A DNA stretch of 64,000 bases from an uncultured Candidatus Saccharibacteria bacterium. GTDB taxonomy: Bacteria; Patescibacteriota; Doudnabacteria; UBA920. The stretch covers positions 16,545 to 80,544 of the forward strand of contig CAZHYL010000004.1 of NCBI GenBank assembly GCA_964536745.1, in the 5' to 3' direction. The position numbers and the translations under genes were made by a program. The notes beneath the pieces are model-generated. The model ran no database searches. It was not told the DNA's origin and saw only the letters and a program-made list of their open reading frames with translations. Shown in pieces: positions 17,605 to 27,692 of the stretch (its first letter is position 1; every line of letters starts with the position of its first letter).

Positions 17605-18269
17605 TGTTATACATAGTCCCAACCCCACTTGGTAATTTAGAAGATATTTCGGCACGAGCTATACAGTGTTTACGCTCGTGCGATTTTATTGTTGCGGAAA
17701 ACCCATCCACTACTCACAAACTTTTACAATTGCTAAAGCTTCCCAAAAAAGAAGTTATCCAATTTGCCGATCATAATGAAGTAAAAGTCTTACCAAAAAT
17801 TTCCGAACGACTAAATAATGAAACTGCTTGCTTAGTAAGCGATGCAGGAACTCCAGCAATCTCTGACCCAGGCTTTAGGATTGTTCGAGAGTGTAGAAAA
17901 TTGGGAATTCAAGTTGTATCTTTACCAGGTGCCAGCGCTGCTATTACTGCCTTAGCAGGGTCTGGCCTTCCCACAGACAAATTTTTATTCAATGGGTTTT
18001 TACCAAAAACCGAACCAAAGCTCCTACGTTTAATTGAAGAGTCAAAAACTGTAGAGGCGACTCTAATTGCTTATGAATCACCTCAGCGATTACTTAAAAC
18101 TGTTGGTGTGATACAAAAAAATTATCCAGAGATTAATCTTGTTATCGCTAGGGAATTAACAAAACTGCATGAAGAATATATTCATGGAACCTCTACTGAA
18201 GTTCTGGATACTTTAAAAAACAAGCCCTCTATTAAAGGCGAGATTACTTTATTACTATCTTTTAAATAA
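17604..18269 (+). CDS. rsmI: 16S rRNA (cytidine1402-2'-O)-methyltransferase
   Basis: MLYIVPTPLGNLEDIS.RA...DFIVAE is a tetrapyrrole-methylase-fold RsmI signature. Confidence 0.8.
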   Translation: MLYIVPTPLGNLEDISARAIQCLRSCDFIVAENPSTTHKLLQLLKLPKKEVIQFADHNEVKVLPKISERLNNETACLVSDAGTPAISDPGFRIVRECRKLGIQVVSLPGASAAITALAGSGLPTDKFLFNGFLPKTEPKLLRLIEESKTVEATLIAYESPQRLLKTVGVIQKNYPEINLVIARELTKLHEEYIHGTSTEVLDTLKNKPSIKGEITLLLSFK

Positions 18270-18989
18270 ATGAGTGGTCATAGTAAATGGTCGACAATCA
18301 AAAGAGCGAAAGGAGCGCTAGATGCCAAGCGCAGTGCTTTATTTGGAAAACTTTCGAAGAAAATTTCTATCGCAACCAGAGAAGGTGGGGGAGGAGACCC
18401 TAGTCATAATTTCAAGCTACGCGTAGAAATAGAAAAAGCTAGGGCACAAAGTATGCCCAACGATAATATAGAACGGGCCATTAAGAAAGGGTTGGGGCAA
18501 GGAGGTGGGCCAGCCATAGAAGAAATTGTTTATGAAGGGTACGGACCAAATGGGGTAGCATTATTAATAGAAACTGCGACTGATAACTCAAATCGAACAG
18601 TTCAGAGCATTAAGCATATTCTATCTAAAAACGGTGGTAGCTTAGGATCAAAAGGCTCTACCGCATGGCAATTCGAAACTATTGGGCAAATTATGGTTGA
18701 AAATACCGGCAATGGTACTGAAGATTCTGAGCTCTTGGCAATTGAAAACGGTGCCAAAGATACAGAAAGCTCTAGTGATGGCCTGATCATAGTTACCGAA
18801 GCGGCCGAACTTAATGAAGTTACAAACAAACTTAAAGAAGCCGGAGCAAAAATTGCTTCAAGTGAAATTATTCGTAGAAGTACTCAACCAACCACACCAA
18901 CCGAAGACCTAGAAAATAAAATTAACCACCTGGTGGAATTACTGGAAGAAGATGATGATGTTATTTCAGTATTCACATCACTAAATTAA
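18270..18989 (+). CDS. yebC: YebC/PmpR-family transcriptional regulator
   Basis: N-terminus MSGHSKWSTIKRAKGALDAKRSALFGKLSKKI is diagnostic. Confidence 0.85.
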   Translation: MSGHSKWSTIKRAKGALDAKRSALFGKLSKKISIATREGGGGDPSHNFKLRVEIEKARAQSMPNDNIERAIKKGLGQGGGPAIEEIVYEGYGPNGVALLIETATDNSNRTVQSIKHILSKNGGSLGSKGSTAWQFETIGQIMVENTGNGTEDSELLAIENGAKDTESSSDGLIIVTEAAELNEVTNKLKEAGAKIASSEIIRRSTQPTTPTEDLENKINHLVELLEEDDDVISVFTSLN

Positions 18990-19478
18990 ATGATAATAAT
19001 CGGGATAGATCCTGGTACAGCTACAACTGGCTTTGGGATTATAAAATACGACAACAACCAAAAAAGTGAATTTAAAATTCTTGAATTTGGAGTTATCTCT
19101 ACAAGTAAAAAAGATTCCGACGCCGAACGTCTAAAAACCTTATACGAAGACTTAACTTATCTTATAAAAAAATACAAACCTCAAAAAATTGGGGTAGAAA
19201 AATTATTTTTCACCAGCAACCAAAAAACTGCGATGACTGTTAGCCAAGCAAGAGGCATAATATTACTCACGGCTAAATTATTTAACCTAGAGTTGAATGA
19301 GTTCACACCTCTTCAGGTGAAAAGCACTCTTTGTGGTTATGGAAAAGCAGACAAAAAGCAAGTTCAGTTTATGATAAAACAAACCTTTGGGTTAAAGTCT
19401 GTTCCCAAACCAGATGACGCGGCAGATGCTCTTGCAATTGCCCTTTGCAGTGCATGGACAAAGCCAAAAAAAATATAG
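18990..19478 (+). CDS. ruvC: Holliday junction resolvase RuvC
   Basis: MIIIGIDPGTATTGFGII...; C-terminal DAADALAIAL. Confidence 0.85.
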   Translation: MIIIGIDPGTATTGFGIIKYDNNQKSEFKILEFGVISTSKKDSDAERLKTLYEDLTYLIKKYKPQKIGVEKLFFTSNQKTAMTVSQARGIILLTAKLFNLELNEFTPLQVKSTLCGYGKADKKQVQFMIKQTFGLKSVPKPDDAADALAIALCSAWTKPKKI

Positions 19479-19604
19479 AATTGGGTCTGGACAAATTATT
19501 TAGATAGTGTTAATATAATCATACAGTTCAGCAATTTTTGGACTGCGTATTTTTTATCACTAATTCTTTATGCAATTCATTTGTATAAAGCAAGGAGAAC
19601 GAAC

Positions 19605-19763
19605 ATGTTCTTTAACGATGAAGATATGAACACTGGTAACTCTGATGCTGGTATGCAAGACGACGCAGCTATGCATCACGACGACGCAGCTGGTTCTGAA
19701 GAAACCGCTAGCGAAGAAACCCCTACTGCTCCTGCAGAAGGCGGCGACGAAGCTGGAATGTAA
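19605..19763 (+). CDS. Small highly acidic low-complexity protein, hypothetical
   Basis: AAGGAG lies 7 nt before ATG 19605. Product MFFNDEDMNTGNSDAGMQDDAAMHHDDAAGSEETASEETPTAPAEGGDEAGM. GC-rich, with a 12-nt direct repeat GACGACGCAGCT. A terminator follows. Confidence 0.35.
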   Translation: MFFNDEDMNTGNSDAGMQDDAAMHHDDAAGSEETASEETPTAPAEGGDEAGM

Positions 19764-19769
19764 AATAAG

Positions 19770-19792
19770 ACCCTCTTTCGAGGGTTTTATTT
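19770..19792. terminator. Bidirectional terminator (AAGACCCTC-tttc-GAGGGTTTT)
   Basis: Read from sequence. Confidence 0.6.
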
Positions 19793-19793
19793 T

Positions 19794-20969
19794 TTACTGA
19801 ATTTTTACAAACTTTCGCTTACCAACCTGTAAAACTAGGTTGTTTTTTAATTTGATAGTTATCTTTAAGCTCTTAGGGTTTTGCTGATTCACTTTAACAC
19901 CATTTTGCTCAATTAATCTACGAGCTTCACTTTTACTGCTAGCTAACCCAGTCATCACGAGTATGTCCGAGAGTTGGTAAGAGCCGGCCTTCATTTTAAT
20001 TGTCGGTACTTCGCTAGGTAGCTCCTTATTACTGAACTGGCTAATAAATTTCTGCTTTGCCAGACTAGCACTTTTCTTATCGTGGTAAATTCCAACAACG
20101 GTTTCGGCTAACTTAATTTTCTGATCACGAGGATGAGGATTAGACTTTAACAGTTTCTTAATTTCTGTGACAGGTAAATTGGTTGCAAAAACGAAATACT
20201 TTTCTATTAAAGAATCATTAATACTCATTAATTTGCCAAACATATCATCCGGGGTATCAAAAATATTTATCGTGTTTCCCCAAGAACTAGACATTTTCCT
20301 ACCATCCGTACCTTCTAATAATTCAACCATTAAAACATCTTGAGGAGATTGTTTATAAGCAATCTGAATCGTTCTACCAGCTAACAAATTAAATTTTTGA
20401 TCACTACCGCCAAGTTCTATATCAGACTTCACCATCACACTATCGTACCCCTGCATCAATGGATACAAAAGCTCCCTTACAGAAACCCGTTTCCCCGCCT
20501 TTAGTCTTTTTGCAATATTTTCTCTTGAGCTAAATTCGTTCAGACCGAAGAGATCGGCCAAAAAACCAATCTCGGAAAAATTTAATTTTTTTAGCCATTT
20601 CGAATTATAATGTACTTCAGTTTTTTTCTTATCGAGAATTTTATAAGCTTGGGCTAAATAAGTTTTAATATTTTCTTTAATTTGCTTTTCAGACAACATA
20701 GGCCGCTCAGCTTCTTTATCAGAAGTGTCTCCGATCTGCCCAGTGAAATCACCGATAATCAAAACCACTTGGTGGCCCAACTCTTGAAAAGCACGTAGTT
20801 TCCATAACACTACTGCGCGACCCAAATGAATATTAGAACTAGTAGGATCTATCCCTAACTTAACACGCAACTTCTTACCTGACTTTAATTTGGATAGGAA
20901 CCCTTTTGGTTGGATAATTTCAACTGTGGTTCTTGAAATTATTTCGTCGATTTTACTTGAATTATTCAT
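19794..20969 (-). CDS. tyrS: Tyrosyl-tRNA synthetase
   Basis: Class I HIGH region (GIDPTSSNIHLGR), KMSSS loop, C-terminal S4-like domain; 391 aa. Confidence 0.8.
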   Translation of the reverse strand: MNNSSKIDEIISRTTVEIIQPKGFLSKLKSGKKLRVKLGIDPTSSNIHLGRAVVLWKLRAFQELGHQVVLIIGDFTGQIGDTSDKEAERPMLSEKQIKENIKTYLAQAYKILDKKKTEVHYNSKWLKKLNFSEIGFLADLFGLNEFSSRENIAKRLKAGKRVSVRELLYPLMQGYDSVMVKSDIELGGSDQKFNLLAGRTIQIAYKQSPQDVLMVELLEGTDGRKMSSSWGNTINIFDTPDDMFGKLMSINDSLIEKYFVFATNLPVTEIKKLLKSNPHPRDQKIKLAETVVGIYHDKKSASLAKQKFISQFSNKELPSEVPTIKMKAGSYQLSDILVMTGLASSKSEARRLIEQNGVKVNQQNPKSLKITIKLKNNLVLQVGKRKFVKIQ

Positions 20970-21108
20970 GTTACTAGATAGAGTTTAGTTCGTTAAATAT
21001 AAATAGATTATACCATTTTATTTCGAAAAACATTAGGCTTAAACTAGCCAAATAGCATTTAGAGACTTCTGCTTTTCGTTAAAAATCAGTATAATGATTT
21101 TATAATCT

Positions 21109-23910
21109 ATGAAAATATACAACTTTTCAAGTAAACCCAAGGAACCAACAAAACCTAAAAAATTATTTTCTAAAGAATTTTTAAAGCAGCTACCATGGCC
21201 AAAAATTGGAACATGGGCTTTTCGCATTAGCGCGGCAGGAATCCTATTTATAGCCTTTTTGTTTATTTATTACAGTAGGCAATTACCAGATCCTAACCGT
21301 TTATTAGGAAGAAATGTTCCAGAGAGTACAAAAATTTACGCAAAAGATGAAAGTTTAATTTATGAAGTTCATGGAGAAATCAAAAGAACCTTGGTGAACT
21401 TAGACCAAATTTCTCCTGATTTAAAAAATGCAACCATCGCAGCTGAAGATAAAAATTTCTACAATCATGCTGGAATTTCTTTTACAGGTCTTGCACGCTC
21501 AGCAATTGTAGACATTATCTACAGAGAAAAAAGACAGGGTGGTAGTACAATCACTCAACAGTTTGTAAAAAATGCAGTATTAACCCGCGATAAATCTTTC
21601 ATTCGTAAGTTGAAAGAAATTATTATTGCGATTGAGTTAGAAGCGAGATTTAGTAAAGACGAGATTCTTAAACTTTATCTAAATGAGATTCCTTACGGAA
21701 GAAATGCTTATGGGGTTGAGGCGGCAAGTTTAACTTACTTTAATAAGCACGCCAATGAACTTTCCCTTGCTGAAAGTGCTTACTTAGCAGCCTTACCACA
21801 AGCACCATCTTACTATAATCCAAGTGGTCCAAACTTTGACGACCTACAGTCCAGACAAAAATACATTTTAAACCAAATGGAAGAATTGGGTTATATTAAT
21901 GCAGAACAGAAAGAATCTGCGCTTAATGAACAAGTAAAGTTTGAAACTGTTAAAACTGCAATTGTTGCTCCGCATTTTGTTCAGTACATCGAAAACTACC
22001 TAGCAGAAAAGTATGGTGAAACTTCACTACAAGAAGGTGGTATGAAAGTCTACACCACACTAGATCCAAAGCTTCAGCAAATTGCAGAAGCAGCTGTTGC
22101 CGAAGGTGCAAAGCGTAATGTTTCCGCAGGTGGATACAACGCGGCTTTAGTAGCAATAGACCCTAAAACAGGGCAAATTTTAGCAATGGTTGGGAGTAAA
22201 GATTACTTTGGGGAGTCAGAACCAGCTGGTTGTGTTCAAGGGAAAACCTGTTTATTCGAACCGAATGTAAACGTTGCTACCTCATTACAACAACCAGGGA
22301 GTAGTTTTAAACCTTATGCTTACGTGACTGCTTTTGGTAAAGAATTTAAATATAGCCCAGCATCAATGCTGATGGATGTAGAAACAAATTTCGGAAACTA
22401 CACACCAAAAAACTTTAACCTCTCACAAAATGGTCCTGTCTCTATGAGAAAAGCACTTGCTGGTAGTTTAAACATTCCTGCAGTAAAAACTATTGCTTTA
22501 GTAGGCGAAGATAATGTGATTAAAACAGCAAGAGATTTAGGTATCGAAGCCCCTTTCACAGATTGTGGGTTAGCCCTTGTACTTGGTGGTTGTGATGTTA
22601 AATTAATAGATCACACTGCAGCATATGGTGTGTTTGCAAATGGTGGTAAGAAAGTAGAGAAAACTGGGATCTTAAAAGTGGTTAGTCAGGAAGGAGAAGT
22701 ACTAGAAGAATATGAAGAGAAGAGCGATCAAGTGTTAGACCCTCAAGCAGTCTACGAACTAGTTAGTATCATGACAGATAATAATGCAAGAAGTTATGTT
22801 TTTGGAAGTAACTCCGCTCTTACTTTAGGTGGAAGACCAGTTGCTGCAAAAACTGGTACTACTCAAGACTTTAGGGATGGTTGGACAGTAGGGTTTACAC
22901 CTTCATTAGTTGCTGGTGTTTGGACGGGAAATAATAATAACACTCCAATGAAAAGAGATGCTGTAATGACTGCTGGTCCAATCTGGAATAAATTTATGAA
23001 GGAAGCTTTAGCTGGTACTCCTGTAGAAGAATTTAACAAGCCAAGTGAAATAAAGACTGTGACCGTAGATGCTGTGTCTGGCTTACTTCCAACCCAATAT
23101 ACACCAGAAACAAAATCCGAAGTCTTTGCAGACTACGCTGTTCCAACAAAATACGACAATGTTCATGTCCCAGTTGAAGTAGATATCCTAACTGGCCTAC
23201 CAGCTACAGATAGCACCCCAAGCGATAGAAGGGCTACCGAAATATATACCGTACTGCACAGTGAACGTCCACAAAACTCTGCTTGGGAACAACCAGTAAT
23301 CGCATGGGCCCTTGCAAATGGCTATAAATACCCTCCAGACAGTGGTATTGATAATGGTGGTGGGGGAAATAGTGATAAGGTGGCATTTATTTCACCTAAA
23401 GCTAATTCTGTAGTTACCAGCCTACCATTTACTGTTAACCTTGGTGTGGAAGGTGAATTTTCAAAAATAGACTTAACTCTAAACGGTGAGTTGATAGAAA
23501 CTTTAACTAATGGTGATTTACAAACAAAGGTTTCAAAAAAATTAAGCGATGGCACATATATCTTAATGGCAAAGGTTACCTACCCAAATGGTAGTACTGC
23601 TACTAGTCGTATTCAAATCAAATACGCTCTAGATGGTGGCCTCACTATAACCAATCCAAATAGTGGTGATAATATTTCATTCCCACTACAATTAGAAGCA
23701 GAAAGTAGTCAGGAGTATTCTGGAGTTGTATTCTATTATCAATCCGGTAATACAATAAAACCTTTGGGTAATGCTGAAGTAGTAGAAAACGGTAAGGGCT
23801 TCTCTTACTTATTAACATGGGATAATAAACCTTCAAGTGGGACCTATCAAATCTTTGCAAGAAATAAAAATGGCCAGACAAGTAATAAAATTACTATAAC
23901 CATTAATTGA
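21109..23910 (+). CDS. Class A penicillin-binding protein (transglycosylase plus transpeptidase) with a C-terminal Ig-like extension
   Basis: N-terminal TM anchor. GT51 motifs EDKNFYNHAGIS and RQGGSTITQQ. Transpeptidase SSFKP, SLN and KTGT. About 200 extra C-terminal residues. 933 aa. Confidence 0.9.
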   Translation: MKIYNFSSKPKEPTKPKKLFSKEFLKQLPWPKIGTWAFRISAAGILFIAFLFIYYSRQLPDPNRLLGRNVPESTKIYAKDESLIYEVHGEIKRTLVNLDQISPDLKNATIAAEDKNFYNHAGISFTGLARSAIVDIIYREKRQGGSTITQQFVKNAVLTRDKSFIRKLKEIIIAIELEARFSKDEILKLYLNEIPYGRNAYGVEAASLTYFNKHANELSLAESAYLAALPQAPSYYNPSGPNFDDLQSRQKYILNQMEELGYINAEQKESALNEQVKFETVKTAIVAPHFVQYIENYLAEKYGETSLQEGGMKVYTTLDPKLQQIAEAAVAEGAKRNVSAGGYNAALVAIDPKTGQILAMVGSKDYFGESEPAGCVQGKTCLFEPNVNVATSLQQPGSSFKPYAYVTAFGKEFKYSPASMLMDVETNFGNYTPKNFNLSQNGPVSMRKALAGSLNIPAVKTIALVGEDNVIKTARDLGIEAPFTDCGLALVLGGCDVKLIDHTAAYGVFANGGKKVEKTGILKVVSQEGEVLEEYEEKSDQVLDPQAVYELVSIMTDNNARSYVFGSNSALTLGGRPVAAKTGTTQDFRDGWTVGFTPSLVAGVWTGNNNNTPMKRDAVMTAGPIWNKFMKEALAGTPVEEFNKPSEIKTVTVDAVSGLLPTQYTPETKSEVFADYAVPTKYDNVHVPVEVDILTGLPATDSTPSDRRATEIYTVLHSERPQNSAWEQPVIAWALANGYKYPPDSGIDNGGGGNSDKVAFISPKANSVVTSLPFTVNLGVEGEFSKIDLTLNGELIETLTNGDLQTKVSKKLSDGTYILMAKVTYPNGSTATSRIQIKYALDGGLTITNPNSGDNISFPLQLEAESSQEYSGVVFYYQSGNTIKPLGNAEVVENGKGFSYLLTWDNKPSSGTYQIFARNKNGQTSNKITITIN

Positions 23911-23918
23911 GTTGTTTA

Positions 23919-23950
23919 AAAAACACCCTTGAAAAATTAGGGTGTTTTTT
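23919..23950. terminator. Bidirectional terminator (AACACCC..GGGTGTT)
   Basis: Read from sequence. Confidence 0.6.
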
Positions 23951-24419
23951 AAATTTTAATCTTTATACTTCTGTAAGGTTCTTCTCCCACGCTTTCAGTA
24001 GTTAGATGGGGAAACTGTTGTTGAATGTAAGTATGAATAAATTTTCTTTCGTGCCGAGGCATCGCTGGAAGTGCTATTGGTTCTTTACTGTACTTAAGTT
24101 TCGAAACAACTTCCTTAACTTCTTGTTTAAGTTGATATTCACGATTGGCACGGTAATCATCAATATCAATTGAAAACCTTATTGGCTCGGAGTCTTCCCT
24201 GAACTTTTTATTTACTATCGCGAACAATAAATTTTCTATCGCATTCAGTGTTGATCCTTGACGACCAATCAACATCTTTGGGGGATTAGCGTAAATTCTA
24301 AACACTAAACCTTTCACCAAGCTTTGCTCGTATTCAACCTTAGGGTTAAAGCCGGCTTGTGAAAGAAGGGTTTTAATTTCATTTTGAATATATTCGATTT
24401 TACTGTAATCAGTACTCAT
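23949..24419 (-). CDS. jag: Jag/KhpB-like RNA-binding protein (KH plus R3H)
   Basis: KH-like LIGRQGSTLNAIENLL and R3H RHERKFIHTYI. Sits downstream of yidC. Confidence 0.75.
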   Translation of the reverse strand: MSTDYSKIEYIQNEIKTLLSQAGFNPKVEYEQSLVKGLVFRIYANPPKMLIGRQGSTLNAIENLLFAIVNKKFREDSEPIRFSIDIDDYRANREYQLKQEVKEVVSKLKYSKEPIALPAMPRHERKFIHTYIQQQFPHLTTESVGEEPYRSIKIKI

Positions 24420-25127
24420 TTATGAAATAGTTACTTGATGGGTACGCTGGACATAATACTGCTGCGCTACAGCAAAGAAGGTTGTGACTATCCAATAAAG
24501 TGGGAGACCTGCTGGTAGGGTCCAAGCAAAAACAACCGTAATTATTGGAATAACATAGGTCATACTAAATGTCATTGAGGCCATAGCAGCATCTTTAGTT
24601 TGGTTACTACCTTGCCAACGAGAAATCATAATAGATTGCCAAAACTGAACCAATCCAGCTAATAAAGCAAATGCAATATTAGGATGTGAAAGATCGACAA
24701 GGCCCAAAAACTTAGGATCTAGTACTCCTGGATTAGTGACAAAACTATATAAACCATCTAAATTACCTTTTAACGCTTTAGAAAAAACTTGATAGAGCGC
24801 AATTAAAATCGGGAGCTGAATTATAACTGGCAGACAAGAAGATAAAGGATTAACTTTATGTTCTTTATATAATTCCATCATTGCCTTAGCTTGAGCCTCT
24901 CTATCATCTTTATGCTTATCCCTTAACTCATTCATTTTTGGTTGCAAGGCGGTTAAAGACTTTTGGCTCTTTAAAGACTTATGCATGAATGGTGCTAGTA
25001 ATATTCTAATTACCAAAGTTACTAAAATTATAACTACTCCAATATCATGGATTGGTAAAATGTTATACAGACCAACTAATAAGTTAAGGATTGGATTATA
25101 GATAATTGAATGATAGATCTCGATCAT
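24420..25127 (-). CDS. yidC: Membrane protein insertase YidC (short, monoderm-type)
   Basis: 235 aa, five TM segments, lies within the conserved rnpA-yidD-yidC-jag order. Confidence 0.8.
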   Translation of the reverse strand: MIEIYHSIIYNPILNLLVGLYNILPIHDIGVVIILVTLVIRILLAPFMHKSLKSQKSLTALQPKMNELRDKHKDDREAQAKAMMELYKEHKVNPLSSCLPVIIQLPILIALYQVFSKALKGNLDGLYSFVTNPGVLDPKFLGLVDLSHPNIAFALLAGLVQFWQSIMISRWQGSNQTKDAAMASMTFSMTYVIPIITVVFAWTLPAGLPLYWIVTTFFAVAQQYYVQRTHQVTIS

Positions 25128-25130
25128 ATA

Positions 25131-25364
25131 TTAAGAGATATTATTAATTTGGGGTTTAGTAAAAGGATTGCATTTTATGATTCGAAGAATCGACATACTA
25201 AATCCTAAAACTAACCCGTGTTTTGAAAATGCTTTTATACTATACTCGCTACAGCTTGGGTAAAATCTACAAAAACCATAAGGATACTTATACTTCAATA
25301 CTCCATGATCCGGAGATAAGGTTTTTTGATAAATTTTAATCAAGCTAATTATTATTCTAACCAT
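25131..25364 (-). CDS. yidD: Membrane protein insertion efficiency factor YidD
   Basis: CRFYPSCSEYSIKAF motif. Confidence 0.8.
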   Translation of the reverse strand: MVRIIISLIKIYQKTLSPDHGVLKYKYPYGFCRFYPSCSEYSIKAFSKHGLVLGFSMSILRIIKCNPFTKPQINNIS

Positions 25365-25704
25365 CTTTTAAAATTTTACCTTTTGATAATGCTAAATTTA
25401 ACTCTGTCCTAATTTCATCTGGGCCTGTATTTATAGCTGATCTCTTTAGTATTATTACATAATTCCCAGATCTTATCCTGTCTACTAAATTATACAGTTC
25501 ATCTCTGATGATTCTTTTCAATCTATTCCTTACAACAGCACTTTTAGAGACTTTATTTGAAACTATAATAGCGAATCTCGACCCAATAGTAGTGGAATTA
25601 GATAAAAATTTAATAACAAACGATTGACTAAAAAAACCCCGCCCTTTGGCTGCGGTTAGGTTAACATCAGCGTATTTAGTGAGGCGGTGTTTTTTAGGAA
25701 GCAT
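25357..25704 (-). CDS. rnpA: Ribonuclease P protein component
   Basis: Basic protein of 115 aa between rpmH and yidD; RNR..KR..RE..R motif. Confidence 0.75.
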   Translation of the reverse strand: MLPKKHRLTKYADVNLTAAKGRGFFSQSFVIKFLSNSTTIGSRFAIIVSNKVSKSAVVRNRLKRIIRDELYNLVDRIRSGNYVIILKRSAINTGPDEIRTELNLALSKGKILKDG

Positions 25705-25710
25705 ATTCGA

Positions 25711-25845
25711 TTAAACTGTTAGTTTTTTTCGCCCTTTTTGCCTTCGGCTAGAAAGGGTAGCGCGGCCAGTTCTGGTTTGCATTTTTTTTCTAAAACCGTG
25801 AACTTTCTTACGTTTTCTGGTTTTTGGTTGATATGTACGTTTCAT
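25711..25845 (-). CDS. rpmH: 50S ribosomal protein L34
   Basis: Hand translation gives [44 protein letters not shown], 44 aa. It is below the ORF-track size cutoff. Confidence 0.9.
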   Translation of the reverse strand: MKRTYQPKTRKRKKVHGFRKKMQTRTGRATLSSRRQKGRKKLTV

Positions 25846-26116
25846 AAAATAGTTATAAATTTCAATCTATACCTGATAATTATATTGAAATAATTCTATT
25901 TGGTCAATATCTAGAGAGTTTAACCTAGACCTTTATTTAAAAGTTAATTAGTCAAGCCCAAAAAACCACTAACTAAACCACAGGTTATACACAAGTTGTG
26001 CACACAAAATATGCTTTTCCTTATAAATAAGCGGTTTTATTTGTCTTTTGCATGTTGATAACTCCACTGATAGAATTAAAATATTAAGTAAAAATAGAGT
26101 AAAAATTTAAGGAAAT
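25846..26116. promoter_or_regulatory. AT-rich rpmH/dnaA intergenic region with DnaA-box-like 9-mers; candidate oriC half and dnaA promoter
   Basis: TTATACACA (25985-93), TTGTGCACA (25996-26004), TGTTGATAA (26051-59). Very AT-rich. Confidence 0.45.
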
Positions 26117-27481
26117 ATGAATAATCAACAGCTTTGGCAAGCCATGCTAGGTAGCTTAGAAATTACCTTAAGTAAGGGAAATTTCAATACCTGGTTTAAA
26201 AATACAGGGATAATCGAAAGAGGTGATGATTATATTATTGTGGGAGTTCCTAGTACTTTCACCCTTGAATGGATAAAAAATAAGTTCCACACAACCTTAT
26301 TAAAATCCTTAAAATCTATTTCCCCAGATATCAAAGAAATCAAATACCATATTGGAAATCTGAAAAATGACTCAACAGAGGGGAAACAAGGGTCACTACT
26401 CCAACAAAGTGAAGTTTCCTCTAAAAATTCTGTTGTTTATAAAGATAATGCCCCTACTTACAACTCTAACCTTAATAAGCAATACACCTTCGAAACATTT
26501 ATCATTGGTCAAAATAACGACCTAGCTTACGCCGCCAGCGAAGCAGTATCAAAAAATCCAGGGACTCAGTACAACCCTTTATTTATTTATGGCGGTGTTG
26601 GTTTAGGTAAAACCCACTTAATGCATGCAGTTGGGAATAAATTACTAGCATCAAATCCAAGGATGCGTGTGCTATATGCAACTAGTGAAAAGTTTACTAA
26701 TGATTTTATTGCCTCTATTCAACAAAAAAAACAAGATCAGTTTGTAAACTCATACAGACAAGTAGATATGTTACTAATTGATGACGTGCAATTCATTGCT
26801 GGTAAAGAACAAACACAAGAGGCCTTTTTCCATACCTTCAATGAACTTAGAGATAAAGGTAAACAAATTATTCTTACTTCTGATAGACTTCCGAAAGATA
26901 TCCCTGCAATAGAACAAAGGTTGGTGTCTAGATTTGAGTGGGGAATGGTCGCGGATATAGGTGCTCCAAACTTAGAGACGAGAATTGCTATTTTAAAAAA
27001 TAAATTAGCCAAGCAAAATTCAACTTTAGATTCTAATATTATTAATTACATTGCTGAGAATATTAGTAATAACATTAGAGAGTTGGAAGGGGCATTAAAT
27101 AAAGTTTTAGTTTATCAGCAAATAGAACGAGAGCCTATAACAATAGAAAAGGTTAAAGAATTATTAATAAATATAATTAATTCAAAGAAGAAATCTGTTT
27201 CTATTAAAAGAATTGCTGAATCTGTTGCGGGTTTCTATAGTGTTACTGTGGAGGATTTAATTAAACAATCCCGAAGAAAAGAGTATGTAAAACCTAGGCA
27301 AGTTGCTATGTACTTGATACGTAAAGAGTTAAATAGCTCTTACCCATCAATTGGAGATTTCTTTGGTGGAAGAGATCACACCACTGTTATGCATGGAGTA
27401 GAAAAAATGGATAAAGCTATAAACACCGAAGAGCAAATTAAACAAGAATTAGATTTGATAGTAGAAAAATTATATAGTTAG
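26117..27481 (+). CDS. dnaA: Chromosomal replication initiator DnaA
   Basis: AAA+ Walker A GGVGLGKTHLMHAVGN; C-terminal DNA-binding helix-turn-helix; 454 aa. Confidence 0.95.
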   Translation: MNNQQLWQAMLGSLEITLSKGNFNTWFKNTGIIERGDDYIIVGVPSTFTLEWIKNKFHTTLLKSLKSISPDIKEIKYHIGNLKNDSTEGKQGSLLQQSEVSSKNSVVYKDNAPTYNSNLNKQYTFETFIIGQNNDLAYAASEAVSKNPGTQYNPLFIYGGVGLGKTHLMHAVGNKLLASNPRMRVLYATSEKFTNDFIASIQQKKQDQFVNSYRQVDMLLIDDVQFIAGKEQTQEAFFHTFNELRDKGKQIILTSDRLPKDIPAIEQRLVSRFEWGMVADIGAPNLETRIAILKNKLAKQNSTLDSNIINYIAENISNNIRELEGALNKVLVYQQIEREPITIEKVKELLINIINSKKKSVSIKRIAESVAGFYSVTVEDLIKQSRRKEYVKPRQVAMYLIRKELNSSYPSIGDFFGGRDHTTVMHGVEKMDKAINTEEQIKQELDLIVEKLYS

Positions 27482-27692
27482 AGCTTGTTGGTAAGCTGTG
27501 GGTGAGACTATGGATAAATATCTGATAAACTTTTAACTAAATAATTATCAACAAATTTCTAAGAGTTATCCAAGTTAAATTAAAGAGTTATTCACAAATA
27601 AAAATAAAAAATTCTTCTGTAAAAGTGTTAATAAATGGTCGTTATACACTTATCCATACCCCTTACTACTACTGTTAATTAAATATATATAA
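27482..27692. promoter_or_regulatory. dnaA-dnaN intergenic region with a cluster of DnaA boxes; candidate oriC
   Basis: TATGGATAA (27509-17), TTATCCAAG (27566-74), TTATTCACA (27588-96), TTATACACT (27642-50), TTATCCATA (27650-58). Confidence 0.55.

Noticed and set aside
20970-21108. Possible T-box leader upstream of tyrS
   Set aside because: Only about 138 nt of AT-rich spacer, with no AGGGTGG/T-box consensus or specifier/antiterminator structure.
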